Part shown: one piece after another, positions 7,045 through 15,144 of the stretch
How the letters are laid out: each line of letters opens with the position of its first letter
How positions within the stretch are numbered: position 1 is the stretch's first letter
Assembly (NCBI GenBank): GCA_944390225.1
Contig: CALXPB010000002.1
Coordinates: 63,650 to 127,649, forward strand
DNA from: an uncultured Alphaproteobacteria bacterium
GTDB lineage: Bacteria; Pseudomonadota; Alphaproteobacteria; Rs-D84
DNA length: 64,000 nucleotides
Direction of reading: 5' to 3'
Position numbers and translations under genes: made by a program
Notes under the pieces: generated by a model
The model's database searches: none
What the model was told of the DNA's origin: nothing
The model's input: only the letters and a program-made list of their open reading frames with translations

Positions 7045-9048
7045 ATGACAACTGACAATAAACAAAAATATCTTATTACTTCTGCTTTGCCATACGTTAA
7101 TGGCGAATTGCACTTGGGGCACCTTATTGGGTGCTGGCTGCCGTCTGATATATATGCCCGCTTTTGTCGCGCATGTGGGCGTGATGTATTATATGTTTGT
7201 GGCGCAGACGAACATGGTACGCCTGTTATTGTCGGAGCTATGAAAGAAAATATGTCATATTTTGATTACGCCACTAAATATTATGAAAAGCACCTGCGCG
7301 CAGTTAAAGATTTTAATATATCTTTTGACTTTTATGGGCGTACCCATACAGAACTGCAAGAAAAGTTAATTCATGAATTATTCTTGCGTCTGGACGAAAA
7401 AGGCTTAATAGAAGAACGCGAAACTTTGCAGCCTTTTTCCGTCGATGACAATATGTTCTTGGCCGACCGTCAATTATTAGGTACTTGCCCAAAATGCGGT
7501 TATGAAAATGCACGCGGTGACCAATGCGATAAATGCAGCGCATCTTATGAAGCAACAGAATTACTAAAACCACGCAGCGCAATATCTGGCAGCAGTAATA
7601 TTGAACTACGCCCAATAAAAAATCTGTTCTTTTTAGCATCAAAGGCGCAAAAGCTTTGGGACGATTGGTTGACTACTCATTCAAGTGGTTGGTCAAAAAC
7701 TGCAAAAAGTATCGCATACGGTTGGCAGAAAATCGGTCTGTTGGACTATTCTATTACACGTGATTTGTCATGGGGTATTCCTGTAAATAAAGAAGGGTAC
7801 GAAAATAAAGTTTTCTATGTTTGGTTTGATGCACCTTGGGGTTATGTTTCTATATCGCAGACTGCAAATAAAGACTGGGAAACATGGTGGAAAAACCCCG
7901 ATTGTCATTATGCACAATTTATGGGTAAAGATAACGTTAAATTCCATGCGGTTTTATTCCCTGAACAACAGTTGGCTTTGCAAAATAACTGGAAAACTGT
8001 TGACCAGTTAAAAGCGATGAACTTCCTGAATTTTGAAGGTGGTAAGTTTTCTAAATCTGAAAAGCGTGGTGTGTTCTTGGACGAAGCTGTCAACATTGCG
8101 CCCGCTGATGCATGGCGTTATGCACTGATTGCGTCCGCACCAGAAACAGATGATACAGACTTTACTTTTGCGCGCTTTGCGGACATCGTCAATAAAGACC
8201 TGAACGGTATGTTGGGCAACTTTGTTTCCCGTGTTTGCAAACTAACTGATAAAAACTTCGGATTAACCGTTCCAAATGCAGGTGCGTTAGATTCTGATTT
8301 AACAGCACAAGTAAATGAAAAAATCACAGAACTTACCACTGCGCTGGATGCATGCGAATTCCGCGCCGCTATCGTTGCTTTGCGCGGTCTGTACGCGATT
8401 GGTAATGAATATATGACTGTCAAGGAACCATGGGCTCTTGTTAAAAACGGGGACACTGAACAAGCAGGCGCTGTATTAAATGAGTGCTTCCAATTGATAG
8501 ACTTATATGCGCGTGTTTCTGCACCATTTATTCCAGATGCAGCAGAAAAAATACAGCATGTATTTAACAACACGCACGACCTGTCTTGGCCAAAAGAATT
8601 TGAACGCAGAATTCAAAATGGAGAAGCCTTCACTGTTCCAGAAAACTTATTTTCCAGAATTGATGATGCGCGCGTTGCAGAGTTGACTGAAAAATATGCT
8701 AAAAAAGAAGACAACAATGTTAAACCTGTTGTTGCTAGAATAATCGAAGTAAAAAATCACCCATCACGTGATGACTTGCATATTTTAACAGTTGATGACG
8801 GTACAAATCATAACTTACAAATTGTATGCGGTGCACCAAATGTTCATGTTGGCCTTGTAGGTGTTCTGGCACCTGTTGGTTGCACACTGCCGACAATGAA
8901 AAAACCGATATCCCAGCGCACAGTTGCGGGTACAGAATCTTTCGGTATGATGTGCAGTGCTGCAGAACTGGGGCAGGGCAATAATGCAGATGAAATAATA
9001 GAACTGGATAGTAATGCAAAAATAGGCAGTATTTGGGAAATAAAATGA
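7045..9048 (+). CDS. metG: methionyl-tRNA synthetase with C-terminal tRNA-binding OB domain
   Basis: HIGH-type NGELHLGH, KMSKS-type KFSKSE, Zn knuckle CPKCGYENARGDQCDKC, C-terminal IVCGAPNV OB domain. The ATG at 7045 is preferred over the TTG at 7009. Confidence 0.95.
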   Translation: MTTDNKQKYLITSALPYVNGELHLGHLIGCWLPSDIYARFCRACGRDVLYVCGADEHGTPVIVGAMKENMSYFDYATKYYEKHLRAVKDFNISFDFYGRTHTELQEKLIHELFLRLDEKGLIEERETLQPFSVDDNMFLADRQLLGTCPKCGYENARGDQCDKCSASYEATELLKPRSAISGSSNIELRPIKNLFFLASKAQKLWDDWLTTHSSGWSKTAKSIAYGWQKIGLLDYSITRDLSWGIPVNKEGYENKVFYVWFDAPWGYVSISQTANKDWETWWKNPDCHYAQFMGKDNVKFHAVLFPEQQLALQNNWKTVDQLKAMNFLNFEGGKFSKSEKRGVFLDEAVNIAPADAWRYALIASAPETDDTDFTFARFADIVNKDLNGMLGNFVSRVCKLTDKNFGLTVPNAGALDSDLTAQVNEKITELTTALDACEFRAAIVALRGLYAIGNEYMTVKEPWALVKNGDTEQAGAVLNECFQLIDLYARVSAPFIPDAAEKIQHVFNNTHDLSWPKEFERRIQNGEAFTVPENLFSRIDDARVAELTEKYAKKEDNNVKPVVARIIEVKNHPSRDDLHILTVDDGTNHNLQIVCGAPNVHVGLVGVLAPVGCTLPTMKKPISQRTVAGTESFGMMCSAAELGQGNNADEIIELDSNAKIGSIWEIK

Positions 9049-9620
9049 AACTGGTTCTGATGTCTTGTTGTGCACCATGCAGTGCGGGTGCAATAAAGCA
9101 ATTAGCAGACGGCGCTATACCTGACGTTGATGACTTTGTTGTATTGTTCTTTAACCCGAACATTTTCCCCGCTGCAGAATATACAAAACGCTTGAACGAA
9201 CAAATAAAATATTGTGAGTCTTTGGGTGTTAAGTATGCGGTTGGAAATTACAATCATGATGATTGGCGCGTTGCAGTACGAGGATTAGAGTCCGAACCAG
9301 AACGCGGTGCGCGTTGCAGTCGGTGTTTTGAATTCAGATTTGAATTTGCACGACGCTGGGCAAAAGAAAACGGTTATGACGCGGTTGCTTCTGTATTTGG
9401 CGTGTCGCGCCATAAAGACCAATCCCAAGTTGACCGCGCAGCACAATGTTCTTTGGGCGAAGTTTGCTATATGCCGATAAAGTGGGATGAAAAATTACGT
9501 CAAGAAATTGGAAGAAATGCCGATTTTTATCGTCAAAATTATTGCGGTTGCGAATTCTCTATACGAAAAACACATGATATGCCAAAAGAAAAATCTATAA
9601 AAATAATTCCGGTCAGATAA
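9045..9620 (+). CDS. queH: epoxyqueuosine reductase QueH
   Basis: N-terminal LMSCCAPCS and C-terminal YRQNYCGCEFS motifs. The ATG overlaps the metG stop (ATGA). Confidence 0.8.
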   Translation: MKLVLMSCCAPCSAGAIKQLADGAIPDVDDFVVLFFNPNIFPAAEYTKRLNEQIKYCESLGVKYAVGNYNHDDWRVAVRGLESEPERGARCSRCFEFRFEFARRWAKENGYDAVASVFGVSRHKDQSQVDRAAQCSLGEVCYMPIKWDEKLRQEIGRNADFYRQNYCGCEFSIRKTHDMPKEKSIKIIPVR

Positions 9621-9674
9621 TATTTGCGATTATGCTTTTTCAATTCTATAATGGGATTGATAAAAGGAGTTTAT

Positions 9675-10550
9675 ATGCCGTCTATTCTTGTTTTTCCTGG
9701 ACAGGGCTCGCAAGCCGTCGGTATGGGAAAAGACTTATACGAAAACAATCCTGCGGCACGCGCCGTATTTGATGAAGTTGATGATGCGCTTAATCAAAAA
9801 TTATCTGATATTATTTTCAATGGTCCTATGGAAGACCTGACGCTTACAACAAATGTTCAACCGGCGATTATGGCAGTATCTATTGCTATGTTGCGGGCAA
9901 GTGGTGTGCCTCTTACTGAATATGTTGCAGGTCATAGTTTAGGTGAATATACCGCTTTATGTGCAGCAGGTGCGTTATCAGTTGCAGATACTGCAAGACT
10001 ACTTCGTCTGCGCGGGGATGCTATGCAACGCGCGGTACCGGTTGGTGAAGGTTTAACTGCGGTTATTATCGGATTAGATATTGAAAAAGTTCGTGAAATT
10101 TGCGCACAAACAGATTGTGATGTTGCAAATGATAACAGTCCTGGGCAGGTGGTTATATCCGGTGCAAAAGATGTTGTAGAAGCAACTATGGCAGCGGCAA
10201 AAGAAGCAGGTGCAAAGCGCGCTATGCCACTTGCACTATCTGTTCCAGTTCATTGTCGTATTCAAGCGCCAGCCGCAGAAGAAATGCGCACTGCACTGGA
10301 ATCTATTGAAATAAAAGTACCACAGGCAATTTTGATTTCTAATAAAACAGCAGCACCTATGAGTGGCCCTGAAGAAATAAAAGAAGCATTGGTTTATCAA
10401 ATTACGCATGGTGTTCATTGGCGTGAATCCGTCTTGAAAATGCACGAACTTGGTATAACAGAAACAATTGAAGTTGGCCCTGGTGCAGTTTTAACCGGTC
10501 TAACACCAAGAATATGTGCAGACATGACAGCAAAAAAATTGGAGATATAA
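9675..10550 (+). CDS. fabD: malonyl CoA-ACP transacylase
   Basis: FPGQGSQ and the GHSLGEY active site. AAGGAG lies upstream of the ATG at 9675. Confidence 0.9.
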   Translation: MPSILVFPGQGSQAVGMGKDLYENNPAARAVFDEVDDALNQKLSDIIFNGPMEDLTLTTNVQPAIMAVSIAMLRASGVPLTEYVAGHSLGEYTALCAAGALSVADTARLLRLRGDAMQRAVPVGEGLTAVIIGLDIEKVREICAQTDCDVANDNSPGQVVISGAKDVVEATMAAAKEAGAKRAMPLALSVPVHCRIQAPAAEEMRTALESIEIKVPQAILISNKTAAPMSGPEEIKEALVYQITHGVHWRESVLKMHELGITETIEVGPGAVLTGLTPRICADMTAKKLEI

Positions 10551-10551
10551 T

Positions 10552-11280
10552 ATGTTTGATTTAACAGGTAAAGTCGCATTAATTACAGGCGCGACTGGTG
10601 GTATCGGTGGCGCAATTGCTAAAAAAATGAAAGAAGCCGGCGCAACAGTTGTTGTATCTGGTAGAAACTTAGCAAAACTGGAAACCGAATTTGATGATTC
10701 TTATATTAAAATTCCTGCCGACCTTGCCGAAGACGGTGCAGCAGTTGAACTGATTATGAATACAATTGAACAAGCAGGAAAAATTGACGTCCTTATCAAT
10801 AATGCCGGTATCACAAAAGATACCCTTCTTATGCGTATGACAGACGAACAATTTGATGATGTTATAAATACTAACTTGCGTTCATGCTTTAAGATGTGCC
10901 GTGCGGCTATTATGCCTATGATAAAACAACGTTTTGGTCGCATTATAAATATGGCATCAATTATCGGAACTATCGGTGGACCAGGACAGGCAAACTATGC
11001 CGCATCAAAAGGTGGTATGATTGCGATGACAAAATCTATCGCTGCAGAAGTCGCGTCACGCGGAATCACTGCGAATTGCATTGCACCAGGTTTTATAAAA
11101 ACGCCTATGACAGATGTTTTATCTGATGAATTAAAGAAATCTTATCTGGCACAAATACCAGCAGGTAGATTTGGTGAACCAGAAGATATCGCAAATACTT
11201 GCGTATTCTTAGCATCCGACGAAGCATCTTACATAAATGGACAAACATTACATATAAACGGTGCTATGGGAAGATTTTAA
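10552..11280 (+). CDS. fabG: 3-oxoacyl-ACP reductase
   Basis: SDR family: TGATGGIGGAIA and NYAASKGG (YxxxK). It follows fabD. No acpP or fabF follows it. Confidence 0.9.
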   Translation: MFDLTGKVALITGATGGIGGAIAKKMKEAGATVVVSGRNLAKLETEFDDSYIKIPADLAEDGAAVELIMNTIEQAGKIDVLINNAGITKDTLLMRMTDEQFDDVINTNLRSCFKMCRAAIMPMIKQRFGRIINMASIIGTIGGPGQANYAASKGGMIAMTKSIAAEVASRGITANCIAPGFIKTPMTDVLSDELKKSYLAQIPAGRFGEPEDIANTCVFLASDEASYINGQTLHINGAMGRF

Positions 11281-11285
11281 CCGAC

Positions 11286-12938
11286 ATGACAGAATTTGAT
11301 GTGATTGTTATCGGTGGTGGACATGCCGGCGTAGAAGCAGCCGCTGCTGCTGCGCGTCGTGGTGCAAAGACTTTGTTATTAACGCAAAGCGAAACAGACC
11401 TGGGGGCTATGTCTTGTAACCCTAGTATCGGGGGACCTGGTAAATCTCAAATGGTTGCAGAAATAGATGCACTGGGTGGCGTTATGGGGCGCGGGGCAGA
11501 TGCAGCAGGTATTCACTTTCGGACTCTTAACGCTTCGCATGGGGCAGCAACACAGGCTCTGCGCGCACAGATTGATAGAAGCCTTTATCATGATGCTATC
11601 GTTAAAAGTTTGTCAGAATATAAAAACTTAAATGTTGTTTTTGAAAAAGTTGAAAAACTTAATCTGCAAGAAAAAACAGTCAACAGAAAATATCACGCAC
11701 GTGCAATCGTACTGACAACAGGGACTTTCTTGCAAGGGCTTGTCACACGTGGCACAGAAAAAATACCGTCTGGCAGATTACAAGATGACGGCACATATCA
11801 AGAACCTGATACTAACATATCAGGTGTATTAAAAGATGCAGGTTTTTCTTTAATGCGTCTTAAAACAGGAACACCTGCACGAATTGAAAAATCTTCTATC
11901 GATTTTTCTGTGTGTGAACTGCAACCAGGGGACACTCCACACGATTGGTTTTCTGAACCGAATCCAGAAAACAATTATAGTGCAGTTTGCTATATAACGC
12001 ATACAAATGAAACCACTCATAAAATTATCCGTGATAATATATCAAATGCGCCTATGTATAATGGGGATATTCATGGAACAGGTCCGCGCTATTGCCCCTC
12101 ACTAGAAGATAAAGTTATGCGCTTTCCAGAACATACCTCGCATCATGTATTCTTAGAACCAGAGGGTCTGGATAGCGATTTGATATATCCAAATGGTATT
12201 TCAACTAGTTTTGGTGCAGATATTCAAGATAAATGGATTCGCACAATACCGGGTTTAGAAAAAGCAAAAATAGCGCGTTATGGTTATGCAATTGAATATG
12301 ACGCAATAGACGCGCGCGTTCTTAATGAATGCTTGGAATCAAAAGACATACCAGGGTTATTCTTTGCAGGACAAATTAATGGTACGTCCGGCTATGAAGA
12401 AGCAGCCGCACAAGGTGTTGTTGCCGGTGCAAATGCAGCGGCGTTTGCACTGAATTTAGAAACATTAAATTTAGACAGAACAAATGCTATGATTGGCGTA
12501 CTGATAGACGATATAACAACGCTTGGGGTTGATGAACCTTATCGTATGTTTACATCACGTGCAGAATACAGGCTGTCACTGCGCAGTGATAACGCCATTG
12601 CAAGACTTGGTGATACGGCTGTAAAAATGGGGCTTATTACAGAAGAAGAATACAATAAAAAGTATGACCTGCATGCAGAAAAAATAAAAGAAAACGATAA
12701 ATTTTATGCAGGGTATATCCAGCGCAATGAAAGGGAAATCGCCTCATACAGACGCGACGCAGCGACGAAAATTCCTGTAAATTTTGAATATAAAAATCTG
12801 CCGGGGCTAACAAACGAGTTAATAGAAAAGTTATCTGCGACGCGACCGGAAAATATAGCGGACTTATCCAGAATACCAGGTATGACGCCCGCAGGAATAA
12901 TGGTAGTTTTGCGTAAAATTAAATGTGGAAATAATTAA
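11286..12938 (+). CDS. mnmG: tRNA uridine 5-carboxymethylaminomethyl modification enzyme MnmG
   Basis: FAD motif DVIVIGGGHAGVEAA, plus GQINGTSGYEEAAAQG. The ATG at 11286 is preferred over the upstream alternative start. Confidence 0.9.
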   Translation: MTEFDVIVIGGGHAGVEAAAAAARRGAKTLLLTQSETDLGAMSCNPSIGGPGKSQMVAEIDALGGVMGRGADAAGIHFRTLNASHGAATQALRAQIDRSLYHDAIVKSLSEYKNLNVVFEKVEKLNLQEKTVNRKYHARAIVLTTGTFLQGLVTRGTEKIPSGRLQDDGTYQEPDTNISGVLKDAGFSLMRLKTGTPARIEKSSIDFSVCELQPGDTPHDWFSEPNPENNYSAVCYITHTNETTHKIIRDNISNAPMYNGDIHGTGPRYCPSLEDKVMRFPEHTSHHVFLEPEGLDSDLIYPNGISTSFGADIQDKWIRTIPGLEKAKIARYGYAIEYDAIDARVLNECLESKDIPGLFFAGQINGTSGYEEAAAQGVVAGANAAAFALNLETLNLDRTNAMIGVLIDDITTLGVDEPYRMFTSRAEYRLSLRSDNAIARLGDTAVKMGLITEEEYNKKYDLHAEKIKENDKFYAGYIQRNEREIASYRRDAATKIPVNFEYKNLPGLTNELIEKLSATRPENIADLSRIPGMTPAGIMVVLRKIKCGNN

Positions 12939-12965
12939 AAACATATATTATTATATTCCGTATAT

Positions 12966-13041
12966 GCCGGTTTAGCTCAGCTGGTAGAGCATCTCATTCG
13001 TAATGAGGGGGTCGTAGGTTCAAGTCCTATAACCGGCACCA
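12966..13041 (+). tRNA. tRNA-Thr (anticodon CGT)
   Basis: Acceptor GCCGGTT/AACCGGC, anticodon loop TTCGTAA, T-loop GGTTCAAGTCC, encoded CCA. Confidence 0.9.
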
Positions 13042-13048
13042 GACAAAT

Positions 13049-13074
13049 AAAAAAGCCACAAAAGTGGCTTTTTT
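13049..13074. terminator. bidirectional terminator (tRNA-Thr / 112-aa gene)
   Basis: A-run, GCCAC (13055-13059), loop AAAA, GTGGC (13064-13068), T-run. Confidence 0.6.
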
Positions 13075-13411
13075 AACGCTGTTTTGCATTCATTTCTTTT
13101 AAACGTTTTTCTAAATGCCCTAACAGTTTTTCAGTATGAACATTTATGGAAAATAAAAACTCTTTGGCTGTTTCAGATAACGCATCTACTTCATTAAAAT
13201 TTATTTTCAATACTGGAAAAGAGTTTAACGAACTTTGATACTTTTGCATTTTTATACCATATTTTGATAATATATACTGACAAACATTTGTATAATCTTC
13301 CCTTAACGGTATAAAATAAATCACTCTGAAACCGTTTCTATCTGTTGCAGAAGTTGTTTCTTTTATTAATCTTTCAAGTAATTTTAAATCTAAATTTTTT
13401 TCTGATAACAT
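13073..13411 (-). CDS. hypothetical protein, one copy of a ~100-aa paralogous domain
   Basis: The domain KLLERLI...YILSKYGIKMQ...VLKI...LS...KEFLFS is shared with both halves of the 220-aa neighbour. Confidence 0.55.
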   Translation of the reverse strand: MLSEKNLDLKLLERLIKETTSATDRNGFRVIYFIPLREDYTNVCQYILSKYGIKMQKYQSSLNSFPVLKINFNEVDALSETAKEFLFSINVHTEKLLGHLEKRLKEMNAKQR

Positions 13412-13488
13412 TAATACCTCGTTTTTTATTTATATTTAGGGTATACCATGAATTCTTTTATAAAAAGAAACGTATGCAGCCCTATAAC

Positions 13489-13836
13489 TTATTTAAATTT
13501 CTCGTTTGATAGTTTCTTTATTCTTTGCACCATAACTTTCATTAAAAAAGCATATTCAATATTAGACATTTTATATCTGTTAAATTTATCACTACTAACT
13601 GTATAAACGATTAATTCTTTTGAAACATTACGAATATAAAATTTCATAGTATCAAAAAAATGTATCTCATACCCTGCAATATCACCTGTCGCCTGAATCC
13701 ACGGTTTTATATTGTTAGTTGCTTTTATACATTCGGCAACTTCTTTAACATCCAAAAACTCAAACTTTTTTTTCTTTTTTACTTTTTTTATTCGTACTAA
13801 ATTCATCTTTAAACCTTTTAAAAATTTATCTGCCAT
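13489..13836 (-). CDS. hypothetical small basic protein
   Basis: An ORF in an operon-like arrangement that overlaps the upstream gene by 11 nt. An alternative ATG at 13806 has an AAAGG SD. It is loosely similar in layout to the 107-aa protein at 14594-14917. Confidence 0.45.
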   Translation of the reverse strand: MADKFLKGLKMNLVRIKKVKKKKKFEFLDVKEVAECIKATNNIKPWIQATGDIAGYEIHFFDTMKFYIRNVSKELIVYTVSSDKFNRYKMSNIEYAFLMKVMVQRIKKLSNEKFK

Positions 13837-14488
13837 TAGAAATCATTTCTAAAAATACATCTTTAAAATACTTTTTGATAACTTCTGTATCCTTTTTAAC
13901 AGAAAATAATAATTTTCTGGCATCTTTATTTAAATATTCTATTTCAGAATCACCAGCTTTCAATGCCAATTTGTTTTCAAAAACGCATTCTTTTAATTCA
14001 ATTCCGAACTTTCTAAAAATATGTTTATATATCGGTATAAAAAAATCATCCGTAAGAATATAATAACAAATCTTTTCACCCTTCGGATTTATAACATCCT
14101 TGGTTTCTTTTATAGTATCTATAAAAAAACCCTGCAAAAATTTATAATCTTCTTTTGTAAAATTATTTTGATTTAAAACGATCGATCTCACAAAATTTTC
14201 ATCAAAATCTGTTAAATTGTTGCCGACAGAAAAAAGAAACTTCTTTTCTTTCGGAGATAAAGAAACTATATCAGAATACGATATTTTTAATACATATTTA
14301 TCTGATCCAATATTAGCCTCTTGCATTTTTATACCGTGCTTATCAAAAATATATTTAGCCATATTTAAAATAGGTTTGTTATCATAAAATTGGCAATACG
14401 AACAAATACCTTTTTCAGCAACTATGTCTTCAGTTGAGATAATCAAAAAATTTAACAATTTTTTATCTAAAACATATGTATTTATCAT
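13826..14488 (-). CDS. hypothetical protein, two tandem copies of the paralogous ~100-aa domain
   Basis: The two halves align with each other and with the 112-aa protein: KYIFDKHGIKMQ...VLKI...LSPKEKKFLFS, and KHIFRKFGIELK...ALKA...LNKDARKLLFS. Confidence 0.55.
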   Translation of the reverse strand: MINTYVLDKKLLNFLIISTEDIVAEKGICSYCQFYDNKPILNMAKYIFDKHGIKMQEANIGSDKYVLKISYSDIVSLSPKEKKFLFSVGNNLTDFDENFVRSIVLNQNNFTKEDYKFLQGFFIDTIKETKDVINPKGEKICYYILTDDFFIPIYKHIFRKFGIELKECVFENKLALKAGDSEIEYLNKDARKLLFSVKKDTEVIKKYFKDVFLEMISNGR

Positions 14489-14593
14489 AAAAAAACCTTT
14501 TGTTTTTATATTAAAATATCACAAAAACAAAACTTGTCAACAATAAAAACACCACAAAACGTGGTGTTTTTATATTTTATAAATGTTTTCGTT

Positions 14594-14917
14594 TTATTTT
14601 TGTTTCTGATTTTTTTTAGCTACAGACTCTTCTAGTGCTTTTTTTATTCCGTTATAAATTTTATTTTCATCTGCAACAATTTTATCTAAAAATATGTTTT
14701 TTATAGAACTGTATTCTTCTTCTGTTATTTCCTGCCTCTGTTTATAAGATCCTTCTACTACCTCTATATAAAAAATAGGGAAAATTGAAATTTTTACGTC
14801 TTCTATTGAGGCCTTGAAACCATTTGGAAGTTTTTCAACATCATTGACATTATTTATAAAAAAATTAATTTTTCCCATTTCCTCTTTTGTTAAACTTTTC
14901 TTATTTTTTTTAGCCAT
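14594..14917 (-). CDS. hypothetical small protein with Lys-rich termini
   Basis: An ORF followed on the minus strand by a terminator hairpin (ACACCAC/GTGGTGT, about 14546-14572). Confidence 0.45.
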   Translation of the reverse strand: MAKKNKKSLTKEEMGKINFFINNVNDVEKLPNGFKASIEDVKISIFPIFYIEVVEGSYKQRQEITEEEYSSIKNIFLDKIVADENKIYNGIKKALEESVAKKNQKQK

Positions 14918-15063
14918 GTTTTTTCACCTTATTTATATTTACTTTTGAGAGTTATTATATTATTAAAAAAACACACACCGTCAAGGATAAAAAAACACTG
15001 GAAATCTTATATTTTATATATTAGACTTATTCTTGTGAAAGAAAAAAACATAATCATTATAAA

Positions 15064-15118
15064 ATGACTCAGCACCGCGCTTCTGCACGTGGCTGGGGCG
15101 CATAGGCGCCCGTTTTTT
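15064..15118 (+). promoter_or_regulatory. GC-rich leader element upstream of ileS: 13-codon mini-ORF ending inside a terminator-like hairpin
   Basis: The mini-ORF runs from ATG at 15064 to TAG at 15103-15105 (MTQHRASARGWGA). The hairpin is GGGCGC (15096-15101), loop ATAG, GCGCCC (15106-15111), followed by G and T6. It lies 27 nt before the ileS ATG. Confidence 0.4.
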
Positions 15119-15144
15119 ATAAATAAAACAACGGAGTTTTTATT

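Noticed and set aside
6876-7058. 60-aa minus-strand ORF
   Set aside because: It overlaps tRNA-Val and its terminator, so it is an artefact.
8118-8573. Antisense or alternative-frame ORFs inside long genes (also 2779-3252, 8735-9163, 16803-17198, 17502-18155, 30568-30921, 43328-43846, 47080-48018, 38620-41036 and others)
   Set aside because: They are embedded in well-supported conserved genes, have no SD and have compositionally odd translations. They are typical shadow ORFs.
15007-15144. T-box riboswitch upstream of ileS
   Set aside because: The leader is far too short (about 80 nt). It lacks a specifier loop, AG bulge and T-box sequence. Only a simple hairpin plus T-run is present, and that is reported separately as a tentative attenuator.
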